Source: Planctomycetota bacterium
GTDB lineage: Bacteria; Planctomycetota; UBA1135
Direction: 5' to 3'
DNA length: 64,000 bases
Assembly (NCBI GenBank): GCA_027623295.1
Contig: JAQBXR010000006.1
Location: forward strand, 26,975-90,974
Shown here: in pieces, positions 1 through 7,591 of the stretch
Layout of the letters: the number at the start of each line of letters is the position of its first letter
Position numbering within the stretch: position 1 is the stretch's first letter
Position numbers and translations under genes: made by a program
The notes under the pieces: generated by a model
What the model was told of the DNA's origin: nothing
The model's database searches: none
The model's input: only the letters and a program-made list of their open reading frames with translations

Positions 1-2
1 TT

Positions 3-287
3 GAGAATTCGGGCAGCCGACCGGTTCAGATTCTGAGTGCCTCAACTCCGCGGGCCGGCATTACCGAGCTGCATTCGATGGAGTTTGTCGATGACAAAAT
101 GAAAATGCGTCGCGTCGATTCCTTTTCCATTGCTCCGCATGAGACCTTCCTGTTGCAGCCAGGGGGCAACCACTTGATGTTCTTCGAGTTGGACGAACCT
201 TGGTTAGAAGGTCAGGTGATCCCAATCACTCTGGTCATGAGTGAGGGCAAGCCACTGGAACTGTTAGCCACGGTGAAGGTGCAATGA
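3..287 (+). CDS. Copper chaperone PCu(A)C (DUF461 family), 5'-truncated by the window edge
   Basis: Frame is open from base 3 (ENSGSRPVQILSASTPRAGITELHSMEFVDDKMKM...GGNHLMFFEL). It shows the H-x-M / M / H-x-M copper-ligand pattern typical of PCuAC. ATGA stop/start overlap with the downstream SCO1 gene. Confidence 0.8.
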   Translation, partial: ENSGSRPVQILSASTPRAGITELHSMEFVDDKMKMRRVDSFSIAPHETFLLQPGGNHLMFFELDEPWLEGQVIPITLVMSEGKPLELLATVKVQ

Positions 288-874
288 AACTAGCTTGGAT
301 GGGAGCCTTAGCGATTGGCTTAGGCATGTTAATCGTCGTGTGGCTGAAGATAGGCAGCAGCCAAGAAGATGGCTTATTGGATTTTGATGACATCTCCATT
401 GGCGGAGACTTCACTTTAATCGCCCAAGACGGCCAACCTTACACCTTGTCCGAGCATCAAGGGGAGGTGCGACTTTTGTTCTTCGGCTTCACCCACTGCC
501 CCGATATCTGCCCAACTACTTTGCTCGAATTGAATAAGGTTTATGCGCAGCTTGGTGGTGCTGGCGAGGAAGTCACCACCCTCTTTGTCTCGGTGGATCC
601 AGAGCGCGATACGCCGGAACTGCTTGGCGATTATCTGGGTAGCTTTGACATCCCTGTAGTGGGCTTAACCTGCTCAGTAGAGGAGGTGGAGCAGGTGGTC
701 AGCGCTTATGCAGGCTGGTTCGAGAAGGTCGCTTTAGATTCCGCGGCGGTTTACACCATGGATCACTCCACGCGCAGTTACCTCATTGATCGGGAGGGTA
801 AGGTGCGTTACATCTTCTCTTATGATGATGGCCCCGAGCGAATCGCTCACATTGTTCGTAAATTACTGCCTTAG
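284..874 (+). CDS. SCO1/SenC family copper chaperone (thioredoxin fold)
   Basis: N-terminal TM helix. FFGFTHCPDICPTTL CxxxC motif and a downstream MDHST histidine. Classic pairing with PCuAC. Confidence 0.9.
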   Translation: MKLAWMGALAIGLGMLIVVWLKIGSSQEDGLLDFDDISIGGDFTLIAQDGQPYTLSEHQGEVRLLFFGFTHCPDICPTTLLELNKVYAQLGGAGEEVTTLFVSVDPERDTPELLGDYLGSFDIPVVGLTCSVEEVEQVVSAYAGWFEKVALDSAAVYTMDHSTRSYLIDREGKVRYIFSYDDGPERIAHIVRKLLP

Positions 875-919
875 AACCCCTTACGGGCGCGATTTTCCCA
901 CCAATCAGCACCCTACATA

Positions 920-950
920 GGTTGACGGTCAACCTTCCACCGCGTATTCT
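920..950 (+). promoter_or_regulatory. Candidate sigma-70 promoter with a 15-bp perfect palindrome over the -35
   Basis: TTGACG (922-927), a 17-nt spacer, then TATTCT (945-950), 30 nt upstream of the ATG at 980. GGTTGACGGTCAACC (920-934) is a perfect palindrome around its central G. Confidence 0.35.
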
Positions 951-979
951 TTGAGCCACACGGAACCAACCTTTCCGCA

Positions 980-1531
980 ATGAAACTAACCCGCATCCTC
1001 CTCCTGCTCCCGCTCGCTGCTTTTGCGAGCTGTTCTTCGCATCCCACCGCTCAACCCCAAGGCGTCGAGTTCGAGCCTGGCCTGATGCGTCTTAGTGGCG
1101 ATATCGGTTTTGCCTCAAATGGCACCGGCCTCCTAGATGGCTCTGCTGCTCAATTTGGTGGCGCCTTCGGTTACTTCGCTACAGAAAATCTTGAAGCTGG
1201 TTTGAGCGGTGATTTTGATTCCATCAACATCACTGGTTCTGATGACAACTTGGAATACGCCGGGTTGAATATCTTTGGTCGCTACTACACTTCGACTTAC
1301 GGTTCCACGCGTCCTTATGCCGAGCTAAGTGTCGGCCTTGGAACTGCAAGCATTGGTCCCGGTGAAGAAAACGTAACTGCCATTATCGGTTCGATTGGTG
1401 TCATGCACTTCATCGCTACAGATTGGGCGATTGAACTCGAGTTACAAAAGTCCGAGTACCTTCTGCCTGACGTCTCTGGCGGCGACACTGGTGCATGGGG
1501 CGGCTCGGTCGGTCTGGCCTGGTTCTTCTAA
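980..1531 (+). CDS. Small outer-membrane beta-barrel protein, probable lipoprotein
   Basis: Signal peptide with lipobox (LAAFASCSS). Alternating Gly/aromatic beta-strand pattern. C-terminal LAWFF typical of OMP barrels. Confidence 0.6.
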   Translation: MKLTRILLLLPLAAFASCSSHPTAQPQGVEFEPGLMRLSGDIGFASNGTGLLDGSAAQFGGAFGYFATENLEAGLSGDFDSINITGSDDNLEYAGLNIFGRYYTSTYGSTRPYAELSVGLGTASIGPGEENVTAIIGSIGVMHFIATDWAIELELQKSEYLLPDVSGGDTGAWGGSVGLAWFF

Positions 1532-3138
1532 GCTTCCTCGGGAAGTTTGATTGCGCGGCTTAGTTCCGCAGCAGTCCAAAACTGCACTAAACGACTGCCG
1601 AATTGTTTCGGTGGTCGTTTTGGCTTTCCATAGGGGTGCGGATGATCGCGTTTGACCACAATGACGATTTTGCCTTGCGGGTATTGCCGCAACCACGCGA
1701 CTAATTCTTTTCGCCCCGTAGGATTTGAAATGGGGTGGGTGAGGCGGCCGGAAAAATGGAATTGGCCGGCGTACACCATGTCGAGGAAGCCAACTTCAAA
1801 GCCTTGCTCTTGCCAAGTCGCGATTTGAGCGGCGGCAGGTTCGGTGTCGTAATTCTCACGGAAGTTTTGCCCAAGGGAAAAGAGAATCGTGAGCGCTAAC
1901 ATCGGAGAGAGGAAGGCCAGCGTGGCCACCTTGGACGCCTTCTGCCGCGCCAAATAACCCATGCGGAATAAAGCGATGAGCAGAATTCCACCTGCTATCA
2001 AGAGTGACTGTTGCTCAAGCCATTCGGGTGGGTGAATTCGCTCCAGCCAAAGTGGAGAGCTGAAGAAAGCGAGGCATAAAAGGGCCGGAAGCAACAGGGG
2101 CAGAAGCATGCTGCGTTGGCTTGGTTGTGGTTGTGAGCGTTGCTCAAGGTTTCGCGCAAAGGCAAGCGCGAGCACCGGGAACATGGGCAATAGGTAGTGC
2201 GGTTGTTTTCCACTGATGAGTGAGAACACTACAAACTGTGGCACAATCGCCCAGAAAATAAGGCGGGCAAGGTCCGGACTTTGCGCGCGGAAATGTTTCC
2301 ATCCCTGATAACTTCGGCTCCACCAGAACCATGGAAAGAGCATGATGGGAAGGAGCGCCAAGTACCACCAAAATGGGCGCGCATGATCAAAGCTATCTTT
2401 GACACGCCCAGCAGTTTGGTCGATGAAAATGGCATCGCGGTATTCTTGGCCGCCAGTGATCGCAGCGGGGATAGCCCAGCACAGGGCTATCACGGCGCCA
2501 CCTGCAAGACCAAGCAGGCCGGTGTGCAGCACCCGCTTCCAGTGCTCTGAAGTTTTACCACTCCAATGTTTTGCGGCGAGCGCCGGCGGTAGCAGATATA
2601 GCAGAAGCACCGGGCCTTTGGTCAGAATGCCGAAGCCCAAGGCAAGCATAGCCAGTGGCGCCGTGCGTTTAAGAGGAGCGCCTTGGTGCGCACTTAACAG
2701 GGCAGTCATGCCTAGGATGACCCACAGCGTCGCCCAGAGGTCAAACATAACGCTGGTTGCAAAGAGCACTGGAAAGAGCGTGCCAGCGAATAAAATTCCG
2801 GCTTGATAGGCCGTATGGGGTGCCGTCGGCCAGAGTCGTTTTCCGAGGCGAACGATGAGCAGCGTGTCGAGAATGAGGGCAAGTGGCGCCAATAGACGCG
2901 GCCACCATTCCTGGACTCCGGTGAAGCTCCAGCCTAAATGCATGAGCCAAAATAGGAATGGCGGCTTGTGCGTATAGGTTTCACCATTGAGGTGCGGCAC
3001 CAGGAAGTCGCCGCTGTTCCACATTTCCCAGGCGACGGCCAGATAGCGGGTTTCATCGACTACCAGCAAGGGTTTGATGATGAATCCTATGGCCGCGACC
3101 ACCGGGATCATAAGGAGAATGCTGAGCAGGCCCTTCAC
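1528..3138 (-). CDS. GT-C fold glycosyltransferase, ArnT/PMT-like (GT39/GT83 type)
   Basis: DETRYLAVAWEMWNSGDFLVPHLNGETYTHKPPFLFWL is the typical ArnT/PMT first-loop region. More than 10 predicted TM helices. GTG start overlapping the upstream stop (GTGA). Confidence 0.85.
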   Translation of the reverse strand: MKGLLSILLMIPVVAAIGFIIKPLLVVDETRYLAVAWEMWNSGDFLVPHLNGETYTHKPPFLFWLMHLGWSFTGVQEWWPRLLAPLALILDTLLIVRLGKRLWPTAPHTAYQAGILFAGTLFPVLFATSVMFDLWATLWVILGMTALLSAHQGAPLKRTAPLAMLALGFGILTKGPVLLLYLLPPALAAKHWSGKTSEHWKRVLHTGLLGLAGGAVIALCWAIPAAITGGQEYRDAIFIDQTAGRVKDSFDHARPFWWYLALLPIMLFPWFWWSRSYQGWKHFRAQSPDLARLIFWAIVPQFVVFSLISGKQPHYLLPMFPVLALAFARNLEQRSQPQPSQRSMLLPLLLPALLCLAFFSSPLWLERIHPPEWLEQQSLLIAGGILLIALFRMGYLARQKASKVATLAFLSPMLALTILFSLGQNFRENYDTEPAAAQIATWQEQGFEVGFLDMVYAGQFHFSGRLTHPISNPTGRKELVAWLRQYPQGKIVIVVKRDHPHPYGKPKRPPKQFGSRLVQFWTAAELSRAIKLPEEA

Positions 3139-3440
3139 GAATTCAAGGACTTTTCGCGCTTCTGAATGCGAATGAAATGCAAGTTACGCAGGTAAATCAA
3201 GAGACCAGTGGATTGGCCGATTAAGATGACCGGATCGTGGTCCAAGATTCCGTAGAGCAAAAGAAGGAATGCTCCACCAATGCTGAAGTACCAGAAGGCC
3301 GTTGGAATGACGCTTTTCTGCTCTTTTTCGGAAGCGAGCCATTGCACTAGGAAGCGCATGAAGAAAATCGCTTGGCCTATAAAACCTACAATCGCAATCG
3401 GGCTTTTAGCGTTCTCAGAGAATTGTTCCCACCAATTCAT
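3135..3440 (-). CDS. Lipid-A-biosynthesis N-terminal (LAB_N) domain small membrane protein
   Basis: FIGQAIFFMRFLVQWLASEKEQKSVIPTAFWYFSIGGAFLLLLYGILDHDPVILIGQSTGLLIYLRNL matches the LAB_N pattern. Start moved to MNWWEQ (ATG at 3440), which forms an ATGA overlap with the GT2 stop. Confidence 0.8.
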   Translation of the reverse strand: MNWWEQFSENAKSPIAIVGFIGQAIFFMRFLVQWLASEKEQKSVIPTAFWYFSIGGAFLLLLYGILDHDPVILIGQSTGLLIYLRNLHFIRIQKREKSLNS

Positions 3441-4162
3441 GCGTCGACCTCGTGGATTTCGGGGACGGCATTGCGTTTGATTAACCACTTCACGCCCATA
3501 AGATCCCAGATGCCGACCCAGGCACGATCCCAAACGCCGTACTTAGAGGTGCCTTCGCCGCGTTCGCGGTGGCGTACAGGCACGGAAATCGAAGTGCCTC
3601 CAGCGCGTCGAATCAAAGCGGGGAAGTAGCGATGCATGTGGTTAAACCACGGCAAGGCCAAAAAAGTATGGCGCGAAAAGAGTTTGATGCCACAGCCAGT
3701 GTCGGGAGTGTCATCGTGCAGGACTCGGGCGCGCAAGCGGTTGGCAAAGCGCGATGCCCAGCGTTTCGAGTTGGTGTCCTGCCGGTCCACCCGATGTCCG
3801 ATGGCAAGCCAAGGTTGTTCCGGGGTGAGATCGGCGGGGCGGGCATCCCAAAGTGCTGGAATGTCGCCTGGGTGGTTCTGGCCATCTCCATCTAGAGTGG
3901 CAATCCAAGGGAAACGCGCGGCACGGACTCCGCTTCTCACGCCAGAGCTTTGGCCGCATGGTTTGGCATGGCGCAGGACCCGGAGTTTGGGGTCGCGCGC
4001 TTTACGTTCGGCTAGCTCTGCCGCAGTTTGATCGCTGCTGCCATCGTCGATGAAGAGGATCTCGTACTCCTCGAACCGCGGCGCCAAAGCACTGTGAATC
4101 TCATCAATCAAAGGATTGATGTTACCTGCTTCATTCAATACGGGCACTACCACGGTAATCAT
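3437..4162 (-). CDS. GT2 polyprenyl-phosphate glycosyltransferase (ArnC/GtrB/DPM1-like)
   Basis: ITVVVPVLNEAGNI, ILFIDDGSSDQT and TLDGDGQNHP (DxD region). Soluble, about 240 aa. ATGA overlap with the upstream gene. Confidence 0.88.
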   Translation of the reverse strand: MITVVVPVLNEAGNINPLIDEIHSALAPRFEEYEILFIDDGSSDQTAAELAERKARDPKLRVLRHAKPCGQSSGVRSGVRAARFPWIATLDGDGQNHPGDIPALWDARPADLTPEQPWLAIGHRVDRQDTNSKRWASRFANRLRARVLHDDTPDTGCGIKLFSRHTFLALPWFNHMHRYFPALIRRAGGTSISVPVRHRERGEGTSKYGVWDRAWVGIWDLMGVKWLIKRNAVPEIHEVDA

Positions 4163-5436
4163 GCGGTAGGGGTTTTCGGGATGTGGCCGCTGGCTTCACG
4201 CAAGCGGTCGGCGTTTTGACGTATTTTCTTGCGAAGGGTTTCGCGCAGGTCGTCTCTTCGATCGTAAAGGCGGAAGCCTTCGGTGGGGCGCAAGTATCCG
4301 GCGGCCTCAGGATGACGTTGCAATAAGGTATCGCGACCGAGCTCCTGTTCGAGGCGTTCAAGGCGATTGCGCTTTTCAAGCAGTGCTTTTGCTAAAAGTG
4401 GCATAACAATGGAGTAGTCGCATTGAAAACTCTCCGTGGTTTTGCGGTAGTGATCTTTATCGACTTTGCCCCAAGTCACAGCCTCGGAAGGAGGGCAGCT
4501 ACTTAAGGAGCCTTCGGTAATCGGCGCCGTGGTGATTTGAATGTCGTAAAGATAGCCACGGATGTCTTCAAAACCGAAGATTTGACTTAGCGCTGGCTCC
4601 GGTTGAAGGCTGAAGTTTTTAGGGACACCGCCGCCAAGAATGAGCGTGCCTAAATCTTTGGCTTCTGATTCAAACAGGCCCCAATGGTGGTATGCACAGG
4701 ATTCGAGTACTTCTCCGTGCAGATCGAGGTCGAAGGCATAGTCATCACCACAGGCATCTTTGAGTGCCCAAAGGAGCGTGGAGTTGAGGAAAATGGACCC
4801 GTCGGAAGGTGCGCCGACAAAAATCGGAATAGACTTGCGATGACATAATGCAAGTAAGCCTTCCTGCGCTTGATTCTTTTGCTCTTCAGATGCGAAATGC
4901 TTGCCCAGTCGATTGCGGAATTCAGGCCCGGTCATGCGACATTGAAATTCAGGCAAACGCAATAAATGGCACAAGTAAGTATCGGTGTCGAGCAGGACAG
5001 ATTCTGGGAAACCAATATCCGTAATTCGAATAATCTCTTCGTCACGCAGTTGTCCGTCATCGCCAAAAATCGGAACCTCGTTGAAATCGGTTTCCGAGAC
5101 ACTGGCGAGCGCGCGATGGGCATCGTGATAACAAACTGCATCGGTGACCGAGAGGTAGGCAAACCATCCGCTCTCTAGCAATGGATTCAGCCAAGCATAG
5201 TGCTGGCCGGAAGCGGTGACAGGACCTGAGATGGACAAAGTCATAGGAATGCCTCGTCCAATCGCTTCATCGAGCAATGTCCAGATCCGGCGCAAGAAAG
5301 CTCCACCAAAGGATGGAAAGCTACGCTCGAACATATGGTCGAGGTGCTTTGAGTCCATGACCGAACGGTGACGAAGGCCGTCCGAAGATGTGCCTTGGCA
5401 AGGTTGGGCTCGCGCGGGGTCCAGGGGTTCCATCAT
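4159..5436 (-). CDS. Deoxyhypusine synthase family protein (DHS-like; possible homospermidine-synthase-type enzyme) with a basic C-terminal extension
   Basis: LILGGGVPKNF and PPSEAVTWGKVDKD (the catalytic-lysine EAxxWGK motif of DHS). Start set at ATG 5436 because the TTG at 5490 would place a strong GC hairpin inside the coding sequence; ATG 5358 is also possible. Confidence 0.75.
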   Translation of the reverse strand: MMEPLDPARAQPCQGTSSDGLRHRSVMDSKHLDHMFERSFPSFGGAFLRRIWTLLDEAIGRGIPMTLSISGPVTASGQHYAWLNPLLESGWFAYLSVTDAVCYHDAHRALASVSETDFNEVPIFGDDGQLRDEEIIRITDIGFPESVLLDTDTYLCHLLRLPEFQCRMTGPEFRNRLGKHFASEEQKNQAQEGLLALCHRKSIPIFVGAPSDGSIFLNSTLLWALKDACGDDYAFDLDLHGEVLESCAYHHWGLFESEAKDLGTLILGGGVPKNFSLQPEPALSQIFGFEDIRGYLYDIQITTAPITEGSLSSCPPSEAVTWGKVDKDHYRKTTESFQCDYSIVMPLLAKALLEKRNRLERLEQELGRDTLLQRHPEAAGYLRPTEGFRLYDRRDDLRETLRKKIRQNADRLREASGHIPKTPTA

Positions 5437-5440
5437 GGGC

Positions 5441-5488
5441 AGAGTGTAAAGCAAGGCCGGCCCCAAAGGTAGGGGCCGGCCTTTCTTC
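5441..5488 (-). terminator. GC-rich hairpin, probable intrinsic terminator closing the pilus locus (possibly bidirectional)
   Basis: GGCCGGCCCC (5455-5464), 7-nt loop, GGGGCCGGCC (5472-5481). T-rich tails follow on both strands (TTGCTTT on the minus strand, TTTCTTC on the plus strand). Lies 26 nt downstream of the stop at 5514. Confidence 0.5.
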
Positions 5489-5513
5489 AAATTCAGCTTT
5501 TATTCAGGTAGCG

Positions 5514-5945
5514 CTAGTTGAAATTTTCGAATACTTCCAGCACGTCGCCGTAAACCATACCGTGCTTCATTTTGAAATCTTCACCCAATGCAATCAGGGC
5601 TATTTCAGAAGTGCCCGATTGACCTGCGAACACCTGAACCGCACTGCCTAATTGAGCCTTGCTTTCTTGGTATTCACCTTCCACTTCCAAAACATGGACG
5701 TGATCTTCATAGGGACTATTGGGGTCCGGTGCTGCAGCAATGATGAAGTGAGTCAAGCCATCGCCAAGGGTTAGGCCGTTCACACCAGTCCCGGTCCAGC
5801 TCGAATCGAGCAACAGACGTCGCTGGGCATACTCGAGGCCCGATTCCGCTGCGAATTCGGCACGCAATGCAGCCGACTCATCGCGCTGCACGTCCATGCT
5901 GTCTTCAAGCGTTGCTGAATAGCTTGCAGTGAGAGTGGCTAACAC
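5514..5945 (-). CDS. N-terminally truncated paralogue of the GspK/PilX-like protein (possible gene remnant)
   Basis: FAAESGLEYAQRRLLLDSSWTGT versus FAAQSGLEYAQRRLMMDPLWDGT in the neighbouring gene (17 of 23 identical). The reading frame opens in the middle of the expected TM anchor, with a GTG start and an in-frame stop just upstream. Confidence 0.4.
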   Translation of the reverse strand: MLATLTASYSATLEDSMDVQRDESAALRAEFAAESGLEYAQRRLLLDSSWTGTGVNGLTLGDGLTHFIIAAAPDPNSPYEDHVHVLEVEGEYQESKAQLGSAVQVFAGQSGTSEIALIALGEDFKMKHGMVYGDVLEVFENFN

Positions 5946-6043
5946 AATTCCTCTGCCGGTGAAATAGCAAGAACTTCAGTCCCATCTGCCAAAAAAAATG
6001 GGCCGACGACCAAAGGCGACGACCCAAATAGGGAAGGAAACTT

Positions 6044-7591
6044 TTACAGTGGGGGGGGTGCATCGAAAGATTCGATGACCATTTCCACGCGGACTCCCGG
6101 AAGATCTCCGAAGAAAGTCAAAGTGTCAGGAGGGCTCTGCCCAATTACAGGATCAAATTGGAAGGAGCTGTCGAAGACATTCGTAGCCGAGTTCAAGATG
6201 ATGAGGACGCCTCTGTGTTGGAAGCGTCGTACCTGAGTGAGCGAATGAAGCACTGTGTATCCTGAGACCAAATGTCGAGAAGAACCGACAACGGATAGGC
6301 TGCTTCCTGGAGCAAGTATTCCAATGTTCTTTAACCCATTGCTGCGACCACCAAAGGAGTTGCTTCCTGAAAGCTGGATTGGATTTCTTGGATCCCCTGC
6401 CTGGTCATAATCGGTTTCTGACCAAACCACCAAGCCACCGCCGAAGTTGACATTTTGTAGGTTTAGGTCCTGCCCGGGATTTAACAAAAAGACCGCAGTT
6501 TCTTCAATGTCTAAATCAGCCACATCGGTGATGTGGTCGAAGATACGGATTTTTGAGTTGGGTGATAAATAGCCGCTAAAGTCCCACCCAGGAACGTGAA
6601 CCGGCTGTTTCTCCTGTACTTGGTTTTGTGCCCATGAATAAAGGGTTTCGCTGAAATTGTGCAATGCACCGGGTGCATCAATACGATCTAAGCTCACAAA
6701 AGTTTCTTCTCCCACGTTATTGCGTGCCCACACGCCTTCCACGTTGTATTGCTGCTTGCGGATGTGTAGCAATAAGTCTTCCATAGTTGCGGTCAGAACC
6801 GCCGGAGTCGAAGGGCTTGCAGGAGTAGCTGGCGTTGCTGGCGTTGCAGGAGTAGCTGGAGTAGCTGGAGTAGCAGGAGTAGCTGGCGTTGCAGGAGTTG
6901 CACCCCGCTTGACGCCATCAGAGTCGTAGCCTCTTGAAATGTCGGCATTCCTGGTGGCATGGGTGCGCGTGTCCATTTTGACTTGCTTCTCCCTTTCCCC
7001 CGCATCCTTGAGGCGGGCGTCTGCTTGGACATCCGAGATAAGGTCCAAACGGAAATCCCATAGCCAACCTTTGGCATCGAGGAGAAGGTAGTCACCATCG
7101 ATCTTAATGTTCGATCCAGAAACATTTCCAAGCACGGAGACAGCCTTATCGAGAAGTGGGTCACCTGGGTTGACATGGAGTCGAGTTTCGAAGCGCGCCT
7201 TCGAGGCGGATTGATTCCCCTCTACAAGAAGAGCGACTTCGGTTGGCATGACCAAAGATCCTTCGCCTTCCAGGCGGATAACAGAGAAAGTGATGCCTTC
7301 GGAGTAAAGCAGAGGTGCGCCAAGGGTGCCGTCCCAAAGCGGGTCCATCATGAGCCGACGTTGTGCGTACTCGAGCCCCGATTGGGCAGCAAAGTCCGCG
7401 TGTAAGGTTGCAGCCTGATCGCGCGCTACTTGAATTTGGGTGCCCATTGAGGAAGCAAAGGACAAGGCCAGAGTAGCAATCATGCCCGTGACCAATAAGG
7501 CCAGAAGCAATACGGATCCATTTTGGTCCGCACTAACAGGGGTGAGCTTAGGTATCATTCCTCCGAATCCAAGTAGCTCCCGCCAATTCAA
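6044..7591 (-). CDS. Large minor-pseudopilin-like protein (GspK/PilX-like) with a (Thr-Pro-Ala)9 linker
   Basis: N-terminal QNGSVLLLALLVTGMIATLA (prepilin-like anchor lacking Glu5, as in GspK), followed by the RDQAATLHADFAAQSGLEYA region typical of PilX/GspK N-domains. Last gene of the pseudopilin set. Alternative start MIPKL at 7558. Confidence 0.6.
   Translation of the reverse strand: MNWRELLGFGGMIPKLTPVSADQNGSVLLLALLVTGMIATLALSFASSMGTQIQVARDQAATLHADFAAQSGLEYAQRRLMMDPLWDGTLGAPLLYSEGITFSVIRLEGEGSLVMPTEVALLVEGNQSASKARFETRLHVNPGDPLLDKAVSVLGNVSGSNIKIDGDYLLLDAKGWLWDFRLDLISDVQADARLKDAGEREKQVKMDTRTHATRNADISRGYDSDGVKRGATPATPATPATPATPATPATPATPATPASPSTPAVLTATMEDLLLHIRKQQYNVEGVWARNNVGEETFVSLDRIDAPGALHNFSETLYSWAQNQVQEKQPVHVPGWDFSGYLSPNSKIRIFDHITDVADLDIEETAVFLLNPGQDLNLQNVNFGGGLVVWSETDYDQAGDPRNPIQLSGSNSFGGRSNGLKNIGILAPGSSLSVVGSSRHLVSGYTVLHSLTQVRRFQHRGVLIILNSATNVFDSSFQFDPVIGQSPPDTLTFFGDLPGVRVEMVIESFDAPPPL
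6818..6898 (-). repeat. In-frame tandem repeat, 9 copies of a 9-bp unit encoding Thr-Pro-Ala
   Basis: The reverse complement reads ACT CCT GCA / ACG CCA GCT and so on, nine times. It is flanked by GA... and ...SPSTPA. Synonymous variation between units. Confidence 0.95.

Noticed and set aside
1528-1531. Convergent genes with overlapping stop codons (also at 58597-58600)
   Set aside because: Real but unremarkable in compact genomes. It only implies the absence of intergenic terminators, and I found no additional structure there.
2281-4053. Several 60-135-aa plus-strand ORFs (e.g. 2399-2806, 3569-3895, 3636-4031) opposite the ArnT-like and GT2 genes
   Set aside because: Shadow ORFs. The minus-strand frames have clear family motifs and are chained by start/stop overlaps.
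5437-5490. TTG start at 5490 for the DHS-like gene (ORF-track start)
   Set aside because: It would translate through a 10-bp GC hairpin that looks like the terminator of the upstream locus, and the extension (MKKGRPLPLGPALLYTLP) has no DHS similarity. ATG 5436 is preferred, with moderate confidence only.
6818-6898. Short tandem repeat considered as a possible CRISPR-like or non-coding array
   Set aside because: The period is only 9 bp with no spacers. It is perfectly in frame, with synonymous variation encoding (TPA)9 within a long ORF. It is a coding linker repeat.
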